From: a virus
Length of the DNA: 64,000 nt
Strand: one strand, 5' to 3'
Virus record (IMG/VR): IMGVR_UViG_3300013132_000046
Location: 4,575 to 68,574 of that record
The notes beneath the pieces were generated by a model. It saw nothing but the letters and a program-made list of their open reading frames with translations. It had not been told where the DNA came from and searched no databases. The position numbers and the translations under genes were made by a program. Positions 52,303-62,859 of the stretch are shown piece by piece (position 1 is the first letter of the stretch; each line of letters starts with the position of its first letter).

Positions 52303-55020
52303 TTATTCTATACTTGTATTTAACGATCTCCAGTTACCAATGATGTCTATATTAGTAATGTTACAAGGAGTCGGATAGTCTGATTTAATGAATATTTTGC
52401 ATGATTCTGAGTAAGATAAGATTTTAGCAAAGTGTTCACCTACGGCATCAATCTTAATATTACCTTGAATTGATTGTAAACTGTTAATATCAAAGGGGTA
52501 GAATGAAACATTTGTTGATGGTCTACCACGTCTTTGAATTTCAATATCGTAAACACCAGAATTAAGGTGTCTGGTTGTAATTCTCTTAAGGTTTAATACA
52601 CCCTCTACAACCTGTCCTGAACCCTGGCCACCGCCACGGATTACCTGTTGAGATAGTTCTATAGACATTTCATAAGATCTACCAACCCAAACAGAGTTAG
52701 CTGTAATATTACCAGAAACAGTAAGTTTGGTATATCCAGTAACATTATCAACAAAGGTATTTACGATATTTATATCTGTATAAGCATCATTACCCCATGC
52801 TGAAGACTTTATAACTGAGTTTATTCCTGGATCATAAAATGGTAATGTAATTATTGTATTTGTACCATTAAATGTCATAAATGGTGTAGTTATAAGTGTT
52901 AACCAATCAATCATTGGTGTAGTAAATGGCACCGTTTCTAGGGATGTAAAGTAAACCGTTATGGCTTTATTTGTTGAATTAGCAGTAGCGGGTCTTTTTG
53001 ATATAATATAAAAGTCTTTTTCGTAGGTTTTAAGTGCTACTATGTCATCCTCTGGAGCTAGTATCCATTTATGAAAAGCATTTTGAGCAACCTGTTCGCC
53101 ATTAGTTCTAAATACAAAGTTAAATAGTTCATTTCTATTATTATCATCTACCATGTGAATACTATCTGTAGATGAACTTGTAGTTAAAACTCTAATATTT
53201 TCTGGTAAGTAATCTTTACAGTGCTGGCTAACATCAATAGCTGTGGAGTATTCAGTTGTAGCATTACCACTACCTAAATACATATACATTTTACTGGCAT
53301 TAGCAAAGAAAATATTATTACCAAGTTTTTGTGGTTCAGTAATTTTAGAGGTGCTATAAAAAGATGTAGGTCTAAACTCTACGTTAAATGGAGAAATACC
53401 TACGTCAGCAGAACCCCCTCGGACTTCAAATTGTAAAGACCCAGCAGTAGCTACAAACAATGTACTCTGAAAAGGTACAATATAAGTAAGTTTGTTATAA
53501 ACACCTACAGTAGCCTGAATATCAATAGGATCTGCTTCTGTTACATTTTCAATATCGTTAATCCAGAAATCAAAATAATCATTTAGTCTACTAGAAAATA
53601 TTGTATTTTCCGTAGCAATCCAAAGTCTACTTTTCCATAAAGTAATACCTTGAATTTTTTCTTTTCTAGTAAAGGCTGTTGGTCCGGGATTACTAATATC
53701 AGTACCAGAAATCCTAGGTTGTACCGGTAATGGCCTTACTTTCCAATTACCATTACCACTTACATCTTTGTAAATTATAATGGGTAGTCTTCTATGATCA
53801 AATACAGAATTTGGTGATTCAGATCGTACTCTTTGGTAATACGGATTTTTTGTATATCTAAATGTTCTATAATATGAAACTGGAAATGTACTATAAGAAT
53901 TACGAGCAAAAAATACTTTACCATAACCCGAAGTTGCTGTGTCTCTATTTAAAGGAGATAGCGGTGATGTTAAATAATACTGGTCTGTGGCAAAATTAAT
54001 TGTGTTACCAGCACCAACTGAAATTAATCTAGGTGTGTCAGTTAAGTGACTAAGGGATCTTGTAGCTTTAAATCCACAAGTTGAATCAATAGCATTTTGA
54101 ATATCACTAAGGGGTGTTTGTGGAATAAACTCAAAACTTTCTCTATTTTGCCCTATGTCTTCTTCTTCTCCACCAGAACCAACACTTAATTCAATATCAT
54201 CTCTAACATTTTTATATACTGCAACCCCACCTTGAGCTAAATTATCTTCGGTTTGTGGTGTTGGAACAGCACCAGGATCTGAAACTTTATAATTAAATAC
54301 ATCTCCAGAGTGTATGTATTGATTAGTTTCAAATGTATTCGCCCATCCAGCAGGTGTTGATGTTAATTCTAAAGCTGCATTATCTGGTAAAAAATCTATA
54401 TCAATTAGTTTATTCCAGAGAATTATACCAACATCAAAATCGGCAGATCCAAATGTATTTTTAGTTGTTGCTGGGCTTACGGATGATTTTAAGGTTCTTG
54501 CAATTGGATAGCTAAATGTAGAGTTTTTGTTACCATATGTTAAGTACTCAAACACAGCTCTGTTAAATCCAGATGTATTACTTATTGTTGTACCTACAGA
54601 TGGGTCAACGGTTTCTTTTACCCATTCAGTAGGTTCAATCCTATAAACAGTAATAAAATTAGATAGGTTTATTTCTTCATTTGTATTTGGATTAATATAG
54701 CTAGAAGATGGCTCAAAGTCATATCCAGATCTGTTAATTATAATGCAATAACGATTAAAACCGTCAATATCTAAGAAATGGAAATATAAATTATCAGCAT
54801 TAAAGTTAAGGTTAAGGGGAGGATTTAGATTTAAGATATCTAAATATGCGCTCCCCCCACCCGTATTAATACTACTTAGTGGTGGTCGTTTTTCGGCAGA
54901 CCTCTCCAGCGTAACCAAGCAGTTGTCAATATTCTCTGCTTCGGTTGTCAATCGTTTAGTAGGAGCTTGTCGCCCTACCCCACCACTAAGGCTGTTAATT
55001 GGAAGTCTTATAAATGCCAT
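52303..55020 (-). CDS. Tail tubular protein B (T7 gp12-like)
   Basis: INSLSGGVGRQAP..R..N...GL/AEKRPP N-terminus, RLW, DPID, QNAFHKW. Confidence 0.88.
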   Translation of the reverse strand: MAFIRLPINSLSGGVGRQAPTKRLTTEAENIDNCLVTLERSAEKRPPLSSINTGGGSAYLDILNLNPPLNLNFNADNLYFHFLDIDGFNRYCIIINRSGYDFEPSSSYINPNTNEEINLSNFITVYRIEPTEWVKETVDPSVGTTISNTSGFNRAVFEYLTYGNKNSTFSYPIARTLKSSVSPATTKNTFGSADFDVGIILWNKLIDIDFLPDNAALELTSTPAGWANTFETNQYIHSGDVFNYKVSDPGAVPTPQTEDNLAQGGVAVYKNVRDDIELSVGSGGEEEDIGQNRESFEFIPQTPLSDIQNAIDSTCGFKATRSLSHLTDTPRLISVGAGNTINFATDQYYLTSPLSPLNRDTATSGYGKVFFARNSYSTFPVSYYRTFRYTKNPYYQRVRSESPNSVFDHRRLPIIIYKDVSGNGNWKVRPLPVQPRISGTDISNPGPTAFTRKEKIQGITLWKSRLWIATENTIFSSRLNDYFDFWINDIENVTEADPIDIQATVGVYNKLTYIVPFQSTLFVATAGSLQFEVRGGSADVGISPFNVEFRPTSFYSTSKITEPQKLGNNIFFANASKMYMYLGSGNATTEYSTAIDVSQHCKDYLPENIRVLTTSSSTDSIHMVDDNNRNELFNFVFRTNGEQVAQNAFHKWILAPEDDIVALKTYEKDFYIISKRPATANSTNKAITVYFTSLETVPFTTPMIDWLTLITTPFMTFNGTNTIITLPFYDPGINSVIKSSAWGNDAYTDINIVNTFVDNVTGYTKLTVSGNITANSVWVGRSYEMSIELSQQVIRGGGQGSGQVVEGVLNLKRITTRHLNSGVYDIEIQRRGRPSTNVSFYPFDINSLQSIQGNIKIDAVGEHFAKILSYSESCKIFIKSDYPTPCNITNIDIIGNWRSLNTSIE

Positions 55021-55679
55021 TAGAACCTCGTTCTTGTAAAGTATGGATCGTTACTTAGAATACCACGGCGATTAACTGCTGATCTTGTGCCGGGATCACC
55101 TAAGAATATAGATCTGTTCTTTTTAAATATATCAGATGCTCTGCCCCTAGATACCAAGACTTCTTCTTGCATAGCAAGTCTTTTATCTATATTAATATCA
55201 CCTTGAGTAATCATTTGATACTCTCTGGCGGCAGTTTCCATAATTGCTCTTTGTAAAGGAGAATCAATATCATCCCAACCATATTTACTTGCTTCGTTAC
55301 CTAGTAAAACAATAACTTCGACATCCAAAGACTGAGTAAAAACATCTGTTTGCTTGGTGATGTTGAATAGCCTAGTAGGATTGGACTTTAATGTAGTCTG
55401 AATCACCTCCCCCGTCGTAGGATCGAACAGAGGCTCAACAACCTGGGCATAACAAGCAAGAGATGGTAAGTTAATTTTACCATTAACGTCAGGAGCAATT
55501 GTCGTTACATATCTATTATTAGCTAACCCCCTTAGTTGATAGGTTTTTATGGTCTGCTTAAGAATAAACTCTGCAACACTTATATCAACCCCGGCTTCTG
55601 CGCCAAGGTTATTAATAAGATGTTCACCTGAAACAAGCAACATGTGGTTCACAGCTTCGGTATAGCTATAGGAACCCAT
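55020..55679 (-). CDS. Tail tubular protein A (T7 gp11-like)
   Basis: EAVNHML..SGE..IN.L, Q.RG..N, AAREYQ; position after the capsid gene. Confidence 0.85.
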   Translation of the reverse strand: MGSYSYTEAVNHMLLVSGEHLINNLGAEAGVDISVAEFILKQTIKTYQLRGLANNRYVTTIAPDVNGKINLPSLACYAQVVEPLFDPTTGEVIQTTLKSNPTRLFNITKQTDVFTQSLDVEVIVLLGNEASKYGWDDIDSPLQRAIMETAAREYQMITQGDINIDKRLAMQEEVLVSRGRASDIFKKNRSIFLGDPGTRSAVNRRGILSNDPYFTRTRF

Positions 55680-55846
55680 TACTTAGCTCCCTTCTTTCCA
55701 TAAGGAACAAGCCTGTTTAATGCTTCTTGGCGTTTCTGACAACCACAGCCTTCTGTTTGCTTGAAGCCAAGCTTCTTAGCAACATTAGCTACGGTATCAC
55801 CAAGTCCACGGGACGATTGTTGTACTGGATTGTATGGTTTTAACAT
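55679..55846 (-). CDS. Small protein with GLGD..CGC..RQ..LN motif
   Basis: Start MLKPY after GGGAGG; the track extension runs over the terminator. Confidence 0.65.
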   Translation of the reverse strand: MLKPYNPVQQSSRGLGDTVANVAKKLGFKQTEGCGCQKRQEALNRLVPYGKKGAK

Positions 55847-55861
55847 ATAATCCTCCCTTCT

Positions 55862-55899
55862 AAAAAAAATGCCTAGGGGACCTTTCGATCCCCTAGGCA
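55862..55899 (-). terminator. Tphi-like terminator after the major capsid gene
   Basis: Minus strand TGCCTAGGGGATC-GAAA-GGTCCCCTAGGCA-TTTTTTTT. Confidence 0.9.
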
Positions 55900-55917
55900 C
55901 GAATAAATTATATCAAA

Positions 55918-57294
55918 TTATAGGTTGTAGCTGGCCTGAATAGCAGCGCAGAGTTCAGGACGGAGGATACCAGCACCACCCATGATGCTAGCAACTGTAA
56001 AGAATGTACCTCTACGAATATCCTTAACAGTTTCAACCTTCATACCCTGTAAACGCATTGAGCAGACAGCGTTACGCTGCCAAATCAAAGCTTTAATTGG
56101 GTTTAGTGTAGTACCAGAACCAGTAACTGGAGCTGCGGGTACGTTGTTTCCAGTTGGAGCTAAAACTGTACCTGTCGGAGCATATTCATTGCTACCAGTC
56201 CAGTTAAAGTCATACTTTGGATCACCAAGATCCCAAGTATAACCAGTTGTAGTAACTAATCCAGTTGATGGGCTTACAACTCTACTTACAGTAGCTGAGT
56301 CATTACCTCTAGACTTAACAACAACACCGTCAAGTTGAGCAAGGTGGTTGCTCTTAATAATCTTAACACCCATGTATTCAAGCATATCGGTAATACCAAA
56401 CATGCCTTGGTTTAGACCGGCACCCAAACCACCAGCTTCTGATACACCACCAAAGAATGGTCTACCAGCACCACCGACAAGACCAGTAGCATCTCTAGCA
56501 ATACCTAAAGCACGAATGTCATGGAATGCAGCTGGAGTAACCGCGCAGTATACTTCACCAGCAGGAACGTCGCTTTCCTGAAGGTTAACCATATACATTT
56601 CAAGGCGTTGTAGTAAAGCAAGAGCAGCATTTGTTCTATCAGTATCGGTTACAGAAGTACCACGATTACCGAGGTTATTAAATACTGCGTTTGGTGTAAA
56701 TCTAAATTTACTGGCATCATAGTTATCATTATTCATACCAGCAAGGCTAGATCCAAATGGATTTCTAGCTGGTGCAAATGCGCCCTGAGCAATCATGCAA
56801 GCAATTTGCTTGTCACGGACGTTAGCTAGAGCAAGACCAGCCTGACGAGCTAGCTCGGCTCTATAGTCCCACTGAGTAAGCATGAGGTGGATATCATCAA
56901 GCTCAAAGTAAGCGGCCATAGGACGCTGATCAAGTGAGATATCGAACCAACCTGGGGTTGAGATACCTGAGTCACCAACGAGTTCTTCACCGGCTTCCCA
57001 AATACCTTTGTGACCAACAACACCAGTAATTGGAAATCGTTTAGTAGTACCTGATTCAATGGTTTCAGTTACAACCATTGGTTCAAATACGTTGTACTGG
57101 TCATAGGCGTGAAGAACTTCACCAGACCAAACTGGTAACCAGTAATCTGGGTTAGCGGTCCCAGAAGCAGCTGGTGTAGAAATATTAACAGCTGCTTGAC
57201 CACCTTTTGGCCATGTGTTATTAGTTGCTGATAAAAAACCGCCGTCTGGACCTGAGTCAATTGGGAAAATATTATCAATATTTGGATAAGGCAT
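55918..57294 (-). CDS. Major capsid protein (T7 gp10-like)
   Basis: L.VWSGEVL.AY, I.SG...FP..G, DYR.E...Q.G.ALA...D, IIKSNHL, GAGILRPE.A. Confidence 0.93.
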   Translation of the reverse strand: MPYPNIDNIFPIDSGPDGGFLSATNNTWPKGGQAAVNISTPAASGTANPDYWLPVWSGEVLHAYDQYNVFEPMVVTETIESGTTKRFPITGVVGHKGIWEAGEELVGDSGISTPGWFDISLDQRPMAAYFELDDIHLMLTQWDYRAELARQAGLALANVRDKQIACMIAQGAFAPARNPFGSSLAGMNNDNYDASKFRFTPNAVFNNLGNRGTSVTDTDRTNAALALLQRLEMYMVNLQESDVPAGEVYCAVTPAAFHDIRALGIARDATGLVGGAGRPFFGGVSEAGGLGAGLNQGMFGITDMLEYMGVKIIKSNHLAQLDGVVVKSRGNDSATVSRVVSPSTGLVTTTGYTWDLGDPKYDFNWTGSNEYAPTGTVLAPTGNNVPAAPVTGSGTTLNPIKALIWQRNAVCSMRLQGMKVETVKDIRRGTFFTVASIMGGAGILRPELCAAIQASYNL

Positions 57295-57361
57295 TTTTGT
57301 TTCTCCTTAAAAAAAGTTTCTCTCTGTTATAAATACATATATAGGAGAAACCATCAATTAT

Positions 57362-57413
57362 TCCGTGTCCTTGTAAGAAAAATATATACAAATTTCTTAC
57401 AGGATTATACGGA
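57362..57413 (-). promoter_or_regulatory. Long imperfect hairpin upstream of the capsid gene (processing or regulatory site)
   Basis: tccg..tcct-tgtaagaaa..tttcttaca-gga..cgga. Confidence 0.4.
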
Positions 57414-57414
57414 G

Positions 57415-58344
57415 TTAACGATTTCTAAAACCATACTTACTGGTATTAATCATCATTACTTCAACAGCCCGTCTAAAATTGGGATCGGTACGATACCGGG
57501 GGTCTGACAAAGCAGCCCTCTGTTCATTGATGTTATTAAATACCTGTAATTGTTGCGGAACTTGTGATGAATTAACCCGATTACCAACTGGCTTAGGTTC
57601 CTGTGAAGTAGCCTGTGGTTTTGCATTTATTGCTTCGTATCTGGCTCTAAGACCAAGTAGAACATTTTTATATGCGTTGGACTGCAAAGCGCGATTAGTG
57701 GCATCAACTTCCTCTTGTGAAAGATTTTCTTGTGCCCACTTGAACAAGCGTTTTAGGTTGTCACTGCCTCCTACAACCGAAGCCGCCTCGTCCCATGATT
57801 GCTTAGCTAACGCTTTGCGACCACGAATCATCTGCTCTATAATGACATCATCAGCACCCATTCGCTCTTTGATTTCGTTTCTGGTAGCTGGGCTTACGTT
57901 ACCAGTAGAGTCAATTTCACGACCCCACTTTGCCCAATCTTCAGAACTAACTTTAGAACCAGCTGGTGGCTTTGATGCATTTTGTGCACTGATCTGTAAA
58001 GTTTCTTCTACAGAAGACAAATCCTCAGGTGGCTGAGGTGGTGTAGCTTGCACGGGTTGTTCCTGATATCCAGGATTAGCTAAACCGTTTTCATTATACT
58101 GCTTTTTCAGGGCAGCAATTTCCTGCCTAGCTTGTGTAAAGCCTTTACGGGCTTCTACAAGACTGTTAAACCACGAATCCGCATCCTTAAAATTGGATGG
58201 GATTTTATTACCTTGATCCTGAACATATTTGTTAAACATTGCTCTTTCGTGAGTAATAACAGGATCTTCGGCTGGTGTAGTATTAACTAGTTCTGGCTGA
58301 GTCTCGACAGGCTGAGATTGTTCAACACTTGTTGGTTCTAACAT
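57415..58344 (-). CDS. Capsid assembly scaffold (T7 gp9-like)
   Basis: VGG......L.KWA.ENLS.EE, DPRY..DP.FR..VE; position upstream of the capsid gene. Confidence 0.88.
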   Translation of the reverse strand: MLEPTSVEQSQPVETQPELVNTTPAEDPVITHERAMFNKYVQDQGNKIPSNFKDADSWFNSLVEARKGFTQARQEIAALKKQYNENGLANPGYQEQPVQATPPQPPEDLSSVEETLQISAQNASKPPAGSKVSSEDWAKWGREIDSTGNVSPATRNEIKERMGADDVIIEQMIRGRKALAKQSWDEAASVVGGSDNLKRLFKWAQENLSQEEVDATNRALQSNAYKNVLLGLRARYEAINAKPQATSQEPKPVGNRVNSSQVPQQLQVFNNINEQRAALSDPRYRTDPNFRRAVEVMMINTSKYGFRNR

Positions 58345-58371
58345 TATATTAACTCTCCTTTAGATTGTTGG

Positions 58372-58473
58372 TCATTTACGACCAGTCTTGGATTTTTTGG
58401 TTGAGGTTTTAGATGTATCTGGCTTTGGGCCAGTCCTATTTTTAATGTATTCTTTGTTTACTTTTGGTTTCAT
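58372..58473 (-). CDS. Small Lys-rich protein (33 aa)
   Basis: MKPKVNKEYIKNRTGPKPDTSK..; ATGA overlap. Confidence 0.5.
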   Translation of the reverse strand: MKPKVNKEYIKNRTGPKPDTSKTSTKKSKTGRK

Positions 58474-59864
58474 TTTTTAAGTTTATTTACAATACCAATA
58501 CCAGTTCTGTGGTAATTTCTTTCTGTTTGTGTTAAAGTACCACTACTATTAATATCACCACCATTAAGGTATGATAATCTGGAAACCAATTCACCGCCAG
58601 AAGATATTGTTGTAAAAATAAGATTAGTATTATTAAATAAAGTAGTTGTAAACTGGGGGGTACCACCAATAGAAATAGAATTATCAGCTGGTGTTAATTG
58701 TGAAAGTTCTAATATCCAAGTACTACCCTTTGCATAAACATCATTTTTAGGTTTAATTAATAAAGTACCGCATTGATTTCCAGCTGTACCACCCCCGGTA
58801 TCTGCATCAACTACAGTAGTATTATTAGCAAGCGATATCCAAACAGGCATCCAATTAGGGTTTTCTTCGTATCTTCCTCTAGAATTTAATACAAATTGTT
58901 GAAAATGCCAGGATTGAATATTAATTCTAAATGTTTGAGTTGCTCCAACTATAGTATCAGAAAAACTTATGTTTGATCCTTGAATATTTTGAAAATCTGT
59001 TTCAAGTGGATCTACTTGTTCCCAGTAATCTTCATTTATTGGTAGTTCATGTGCAACAGTTGTATTAACTGTGCACGCATAGTATAATCCTTGATATTCA
59101 GCATATTCTCCATCAAAATAAAAAGAAGTTTCATCAAAAGAAGATACACCAGTAAATGGGTAACCTTCTACTAAAGCTAGTTCAAATGCTGGTTTATTAG
59201 GAGAATTTCCTATTGTATTAAATCCAGTAGAGGTTGAGCTTCCAGTTATAGATATTGTTAATCCACTTGAAAGTGGATTGGCTCCCATATTAGATACTGA
59301 CCAAAATTGTGCATCACTACCTCTTTGTCTTGGAATATCAATTTGAATGTTTCCTTGAGCGGTTTTACTTAATCTAGCTATATTATACGGACCCTCCGCT
59401 TTAGAAACTGTTATATTTGATGCAGCTGGTAAAGGTTCAGCTGAATAGCTTAGTGGACTAATTGAACTAACATATACAGTTTCACTATTTAGTGCTATTA
59501 AATTTCCAGATACTGTTTCGGATGATTTTATAAGTAAAAATCTAGTTGATCCGCTAGTTGCTTGATCAAAAGCTCCAGTTTCAGCTCTTATAATTGATCC
59601 ACCACCACCGCCAGTTGCTTCATTTACTGTACTTTGTGTTGTTGCTAAATTAAAAGTTGCAATTGGTGGATTAAAGGGGGTATCGTTTTGTGTTGCTGGT
59701 ATTTGTTTTAAATCAATATTAGGGGTTGTTAAAAGACCGGTTAAACGTGTTTTGTTAACCGGTAAATTAGTTGATCCTTCTATATTAAATGAACTGTTTC
59801 CATTAGGTGAAGCATATGCCCCAAAAGCTAAAGCGTATGCTTGTTGAATTGAAATGTTTGGCAT
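58470..59864 (-). CDS. Putative virion accessory protein, paralog family A
   Basis: Shares N-terminus (MPNISIQQAYAL) and C-terminus (TERNYHRTG...KLKK) with 59874-60221. Confidence 0.6.
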   Translation of the reverse strand: MPNISIQQAYALAFGAYASPNGNSSFNIEGSTNLPVNKTRLTGLLTTPNIDLKQIPATQNDTPFNPPIATFNLATTQSTVNEATGGGGGSIIRAETGAFDQATSGSTRFLLIKSSETVSGNLIALNSETVYVSSISPLSYSAEPLPAASNITVSKAEGPYNIARLSKTAQGNIQIDIPRQRGSDAQFWSVSNMGANPLSSGLTISITGSSTSTGFNTIGNSPNKPAFELALVEGYPFTGVSSFDETSFYFDGEYAEYQGLYYACTVNTTVAHELPINEDYWEQVDPLETDFQNIQGSNISFSDTIVGATQTFRINIQSWHFQQFVLNSRGRYEENPNWMPVWISLANNTTVVDADTGGGTAGNQCGTLLIKPKNDVYAKGSTWILELSQLTPADNSISIGGTPQFTTTLFNNTNLIFTTISSGGELVSRLSYLNGGDINSSGTLTQTERNYHRTGIGIVNKLKK

Positions 59865-59873
59865 ATTATTACC

Positions 59874-60221
59874 TCACTTGAGTTTTTTAAGAATTTTTTG
59901 ACCGGTAAAATGATATAGTTTTTCTGTATCTGAAACAGAAACATTAGAGTCAAATGATCCACCTTCTTTGTAGATTAATCCACTGGATATAGATAAATCA
60001 TCTGAATCTGCAAGATTATAGCTCTGGTTTGGTGGGTTTAAAGTACCATCTTGTGCTAAAGACGGTACTGTACTTAAGTTTATTAGGTTTCCACTAACTA
60101 TGGTTTTTAAATCTACGTCTTGCCCAGTTTCATCTGTTAATTTAAACTTAGTATTACCTACTGGTGAAATAAAACAACCCTTAACTAGAGCATATACTTG
60201 TTGAAAAGAAATATTTGGCAT
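59874..60221 (-). CDS. Putative virion accessory protein, paralog family A (minimal form)
   Basis: MPNISFQQVYAL...TEKLYHFTG...KKLK. Confidence 0.6.
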   Translation of the reverse strand: MPNISFQQVYALVKGCFISPVGNTKFKLTDETGQDVDLKTIVSGNLINLSTVPSLAQDGTLNPPNQSYNLADSDDLSISSGLIYKEGGSFDSNVSVSDTEKLYHFTGQKILKKLK

Positions 60222-60230
60222 TATTTTTCC

Positions 60231-62162
60231 TTATTTTTTAGTTTTATAAACAACCATACCGCTTGTATTATAAGCTTTGTTAATTTCATCTAAAGATAAT
60301 CTACCAGTTAAATCACCACCGTATTTAAATACCTGTTTTTGTTCGTTTGGGTTAACTGTGGTATCAGTAATTAATTTATCTGTGGTTGCTAATTTAAAAA
60401 ATTGTGGTACTTCTACTAAAGGAGTAAATCCACCAGTATCCCAATCAGCTAACACTTCTGAATAATCTTCATAAGTTATATTTTCTAAATTAAATAAATC
60501 AGTACCTATTCTGTTACTAAAAAGTACTTCTGTAGGAACACCTTTAAATGTTTTTTGAGAACCAAAGTAATTAACACCAGATGATAAAGATAAAGATTGA
60601 AACCGTGAAATGTAAGTATTTTTGTCTGTTTCTGTATTAACTTCAAGAATTCTAGGATATGTTTGTATTAAATCCGATTCTACTATATTTAATTCTGGGT
60701 TATTTGCAATTATTCTGTTTGGTTGTGTAATTTGCCAGCTTTTATCATCTAAGATAATTTTTATTACTCTATAAGTAACCTCATCAAACATTGCAAAACC
60801 ATTATTTATTCCATTTACAGAGTATAGATTATTAATAGAGCATGGCGAGTAAGGAGGTGATTCCGAACATCCCTGATATACACCAGATGAACTAATATTT
60901 GCTGGTGTAGAAGCACTAGCACTAGACCCCTGACCCCCAAATACAAAACTTGTTGTATTATCTAGTTTTATAAACTTAAACATTAAAATTGAACCAGAGT
61001 CACCTGTTTGAACACCACTTAAAAAATCAGTATAGAGAACTGTTGGTGGTTTATTATTCCAAGGAAAAGAACTAACACCACATCCGGCAGACGAAAAATA
61101 TAATTCACCTGGCGAATAAGTAATTGAACTCATTCCGCCAGTTTTCTGTATACCTACAGTATGAAAAGAAGATTGAATAATAAGTGGAGAGGGTCCAGTA
61201 TATGTAGTAGTAGTGCTAAAACCTAAAAATTGATTTACTTTTCTAAGAAAATTCTTGTTAAAGGCAAATAACATTGTTGCATTTTCCGGTACTGGGGTTT
61301 TAAATGCTATAATAGAAGAATCTGAGAAACCTTGAAAATCCTCAATTTTTACATCTGGGTATTTATCTGTTATATCTATTCCTGGGTTTTGTAAAGCAAA
61401 CCAAGTAGGATATAAACTTGGTTTCATAAACCCAGAACCAATTACTGGAATACCAGGAGATCCAGGTGGAATTGTAAAATCATCCCCATTACCAAATCCA
61501 CCAGCTTGTCTTGCTTGTCTAGTATAAAAATTAGTTCCATCAGTTACTGTAAAAGTTCTTTGGTTATTTCTATAATGATCACAAACTAATAAATGTTGTC
61601 TAGTTAGTAATGTAGAAATACGGTTACCAAGTGCATTCCAACCACCCCTTGGTTTATCGTATACTCGCTCATAGAAAGCTATACCAGAATAGTCAAATCC
61701 TGCCCATTCTGTGTTTTGCATAACATTTGGATTTTTAGATACAATTTCTGTTGGATTTACTAAACTATAGTTAAAAATTTGGTGTCTACTTGGATTAAAA
61801 TTATCTTCTGGTTGGTAATATGAAATAGGAATTCCATTAAATGTTGAAGCAACAAATGGTCCAACAATATTACCAACTGTAGTAAAATTTGGTGCTTTTG
61901 CAATAAAATCACCTTCAGCAATCCAATCATTTGAACTATGCGGTACAAACGACCAAATCACACCAGGAGAAGGTGCTATATGATCTACAGTTAAATAGCC
62001 CTGTCCTTTGGTTGTTGGGGTAACTGCCCTTACTATTAACCAAGAGCTTACGTTTCTTCCGCCATCACGGGTTGTTTTTACTACGACAATATCATTAACA
62101 TTAAATCCTGCTATATTTGTAATTAAATACTTTGCACTAAAGGTATTGCCGCAATAATACAT
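60231..62162 (-). CDS. Trypsin-like serine protease domain protein with family-A C-terminal module
   Basis: TLLTRQHLLVCDH (His) and TGDSGS (Ser) motifs; C-terminus FKLATTD..GGDL..Y..SG...KTKK. Confidence 0.6.
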   Translation of the reverse strand: MYYCGNTFSAKYLITNIAGFNVNDIVVVKTTRDGGRNVSSWLIVRAVTPTTKGQGYLTVDHIAPSPGVIWSFVPHSSNDWIAEGDFIAKAPNFTTVGNIVGPFVASTFNGIPISYYQPEDNFNPSRHQIFNYSLVNPTEIVSKNPNVMQNTEWAGFDYSGIAFYERVYDKPRGGWNALGNRISTLLTRQHLLVCDHYRNNQRTFTVTDGTNFYTRQARQAGGFGNGDDFTIPPGSPGIPVIGSGFMKPSLYPTWFALQNPGIDITDKYPDVKIEDFQGFSDSSIIAFKTPVPENATMLFAFNKNFLRKVNQFLGFSTTTTYTGPSPLIIQSSFHTVGIQKTGGMSSITYSPGELYFSSAGCGVSSFPWNNKPPTVLYTDFLSGVQTGDSGSILMFKFIKLDNTTSFVFGGQGSSASASTPANISSSGVYQGCSESPPYSPCSINNLYSVNGINNGFAMFDEVTYRVIKIILDDKSWQITQPNRIIANNPELNIVESDLIQTYPRILEVNTETDKNTYISRFQSLSLSSGVNYFGSQKTFKGVPTEVLFSNRIGTDLFNLENITYEDYSEVLADWDTGGFTPLVEVPQFFKLATTDKLITDTTVNPNEQKQVFKYGGDLTGRLSLDEINKAYNTSGMVVYKTKK

Positions 62163-62171
62163 ACTAACTCC

Positions 62172-62504
62172 TCAGTTGAATAATTTTCTATTAATTTGAT
62201 ATTCGTAAAATGAAACTATTTCTGGTTCTGTATTACCTGTAGCGTATGTTATACCTGAAATTCCTGGTTTAATATCATACGGTAAAGCAATAATACTAGA
62301 AGCTGGGAGCATACAATCAAAATTTGGATTTATTATCCCATCTCTTAATATTTTTATAACAGCGTGACTTAAATCAATTTTATCATTTCCGTGCATTCTA
62401 TGGGCAGAAATAATAAAATGAGTAGCACGAGATGGCACTATAATTAACCCATCTTGAAATTTTGTTGTAAATAAATGTAAGTATTGGCCATTTATAGAAT
62501 TCAT
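62172..62504 (-). CDS. Hypothetical protein, paralog family B
   Basis: NGQY..GLIIVPSRATHFI resembles the neighbour's NGKF..GLAIPTNCTHMI. Confidence 0.6.
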   Translation of the reverse strand: MNSINGQYLHLFTTKFQDGLIIVPSRATHFIISAHRMHGNDKIDLSHAVIKILRDGIINPNFDCMLPASSIIALPYDIKPGISGITYATGNTEPEIVSFYEYQINRKLFN

Positions 62505-62506
62505 AA

Positions 62507-62800
62507 TTACGATGAAATAAACTCAAGAAATGTTACAAATTGGGCTAATTCACTAGAAACTGGAGTTATTGCAAAAGTAGTTCCGCGTAAAGCAACTGGA
62601 ATACCAAGTGGAACTAGTACTTCTTTAGATCCAGTGGGATACTCTGCTGCTGATCCAGTTATTCTTACAGATGCATGTGTTTTGTTATTAAAGCTACTAT
62701 TCATACCAAAAATCATATGAGTGCAGTTTGTTGGTATTGCTAATCCAGCATTTACAGGTGCGGTATTTAACACTCTAAATTTACCATTAAGTGGTATCAT
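62507..62800 (-). CDS. Hypothetical protein, paralog family B
   Basis: See neighbour at 62172-62504. Confidence 0.6.
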   Translation of the reverse strand: MIPLNGKFRVLNTAPVNAGLAIPTNCTHMIFGMNSSFNNKTHASVRITGSAAEYPTGSKEVLVPLGIPVALRGTTFAITPVSSELAQFVTFLEFISS

Positions 62801-62859
62801 TTCTTACCCCCACAACCACATGACATTTTCTTTGTAGATTTTTTCTTTTTCTTTGCCAT
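62797..62859 (-). CDS. Lys-rich micro-peptide (20 aa, CGC motif)
   Basis: MAKKKKKSTKKMSCGCGGKK; coupled at both ends (TAATG, ATGA). Confidence 0.45.
   Translation of the reverse strand: MAKKKKKSTKKMSCGCGGKK

Noticed and set aside
55847-55900. N-terminal extension of ORF 55679-55900 or a capsid read-through product
   Set aside because: The extension runs through the strong terminator hairpin; a GGGAGG-led ATG at 55846 is the better start.
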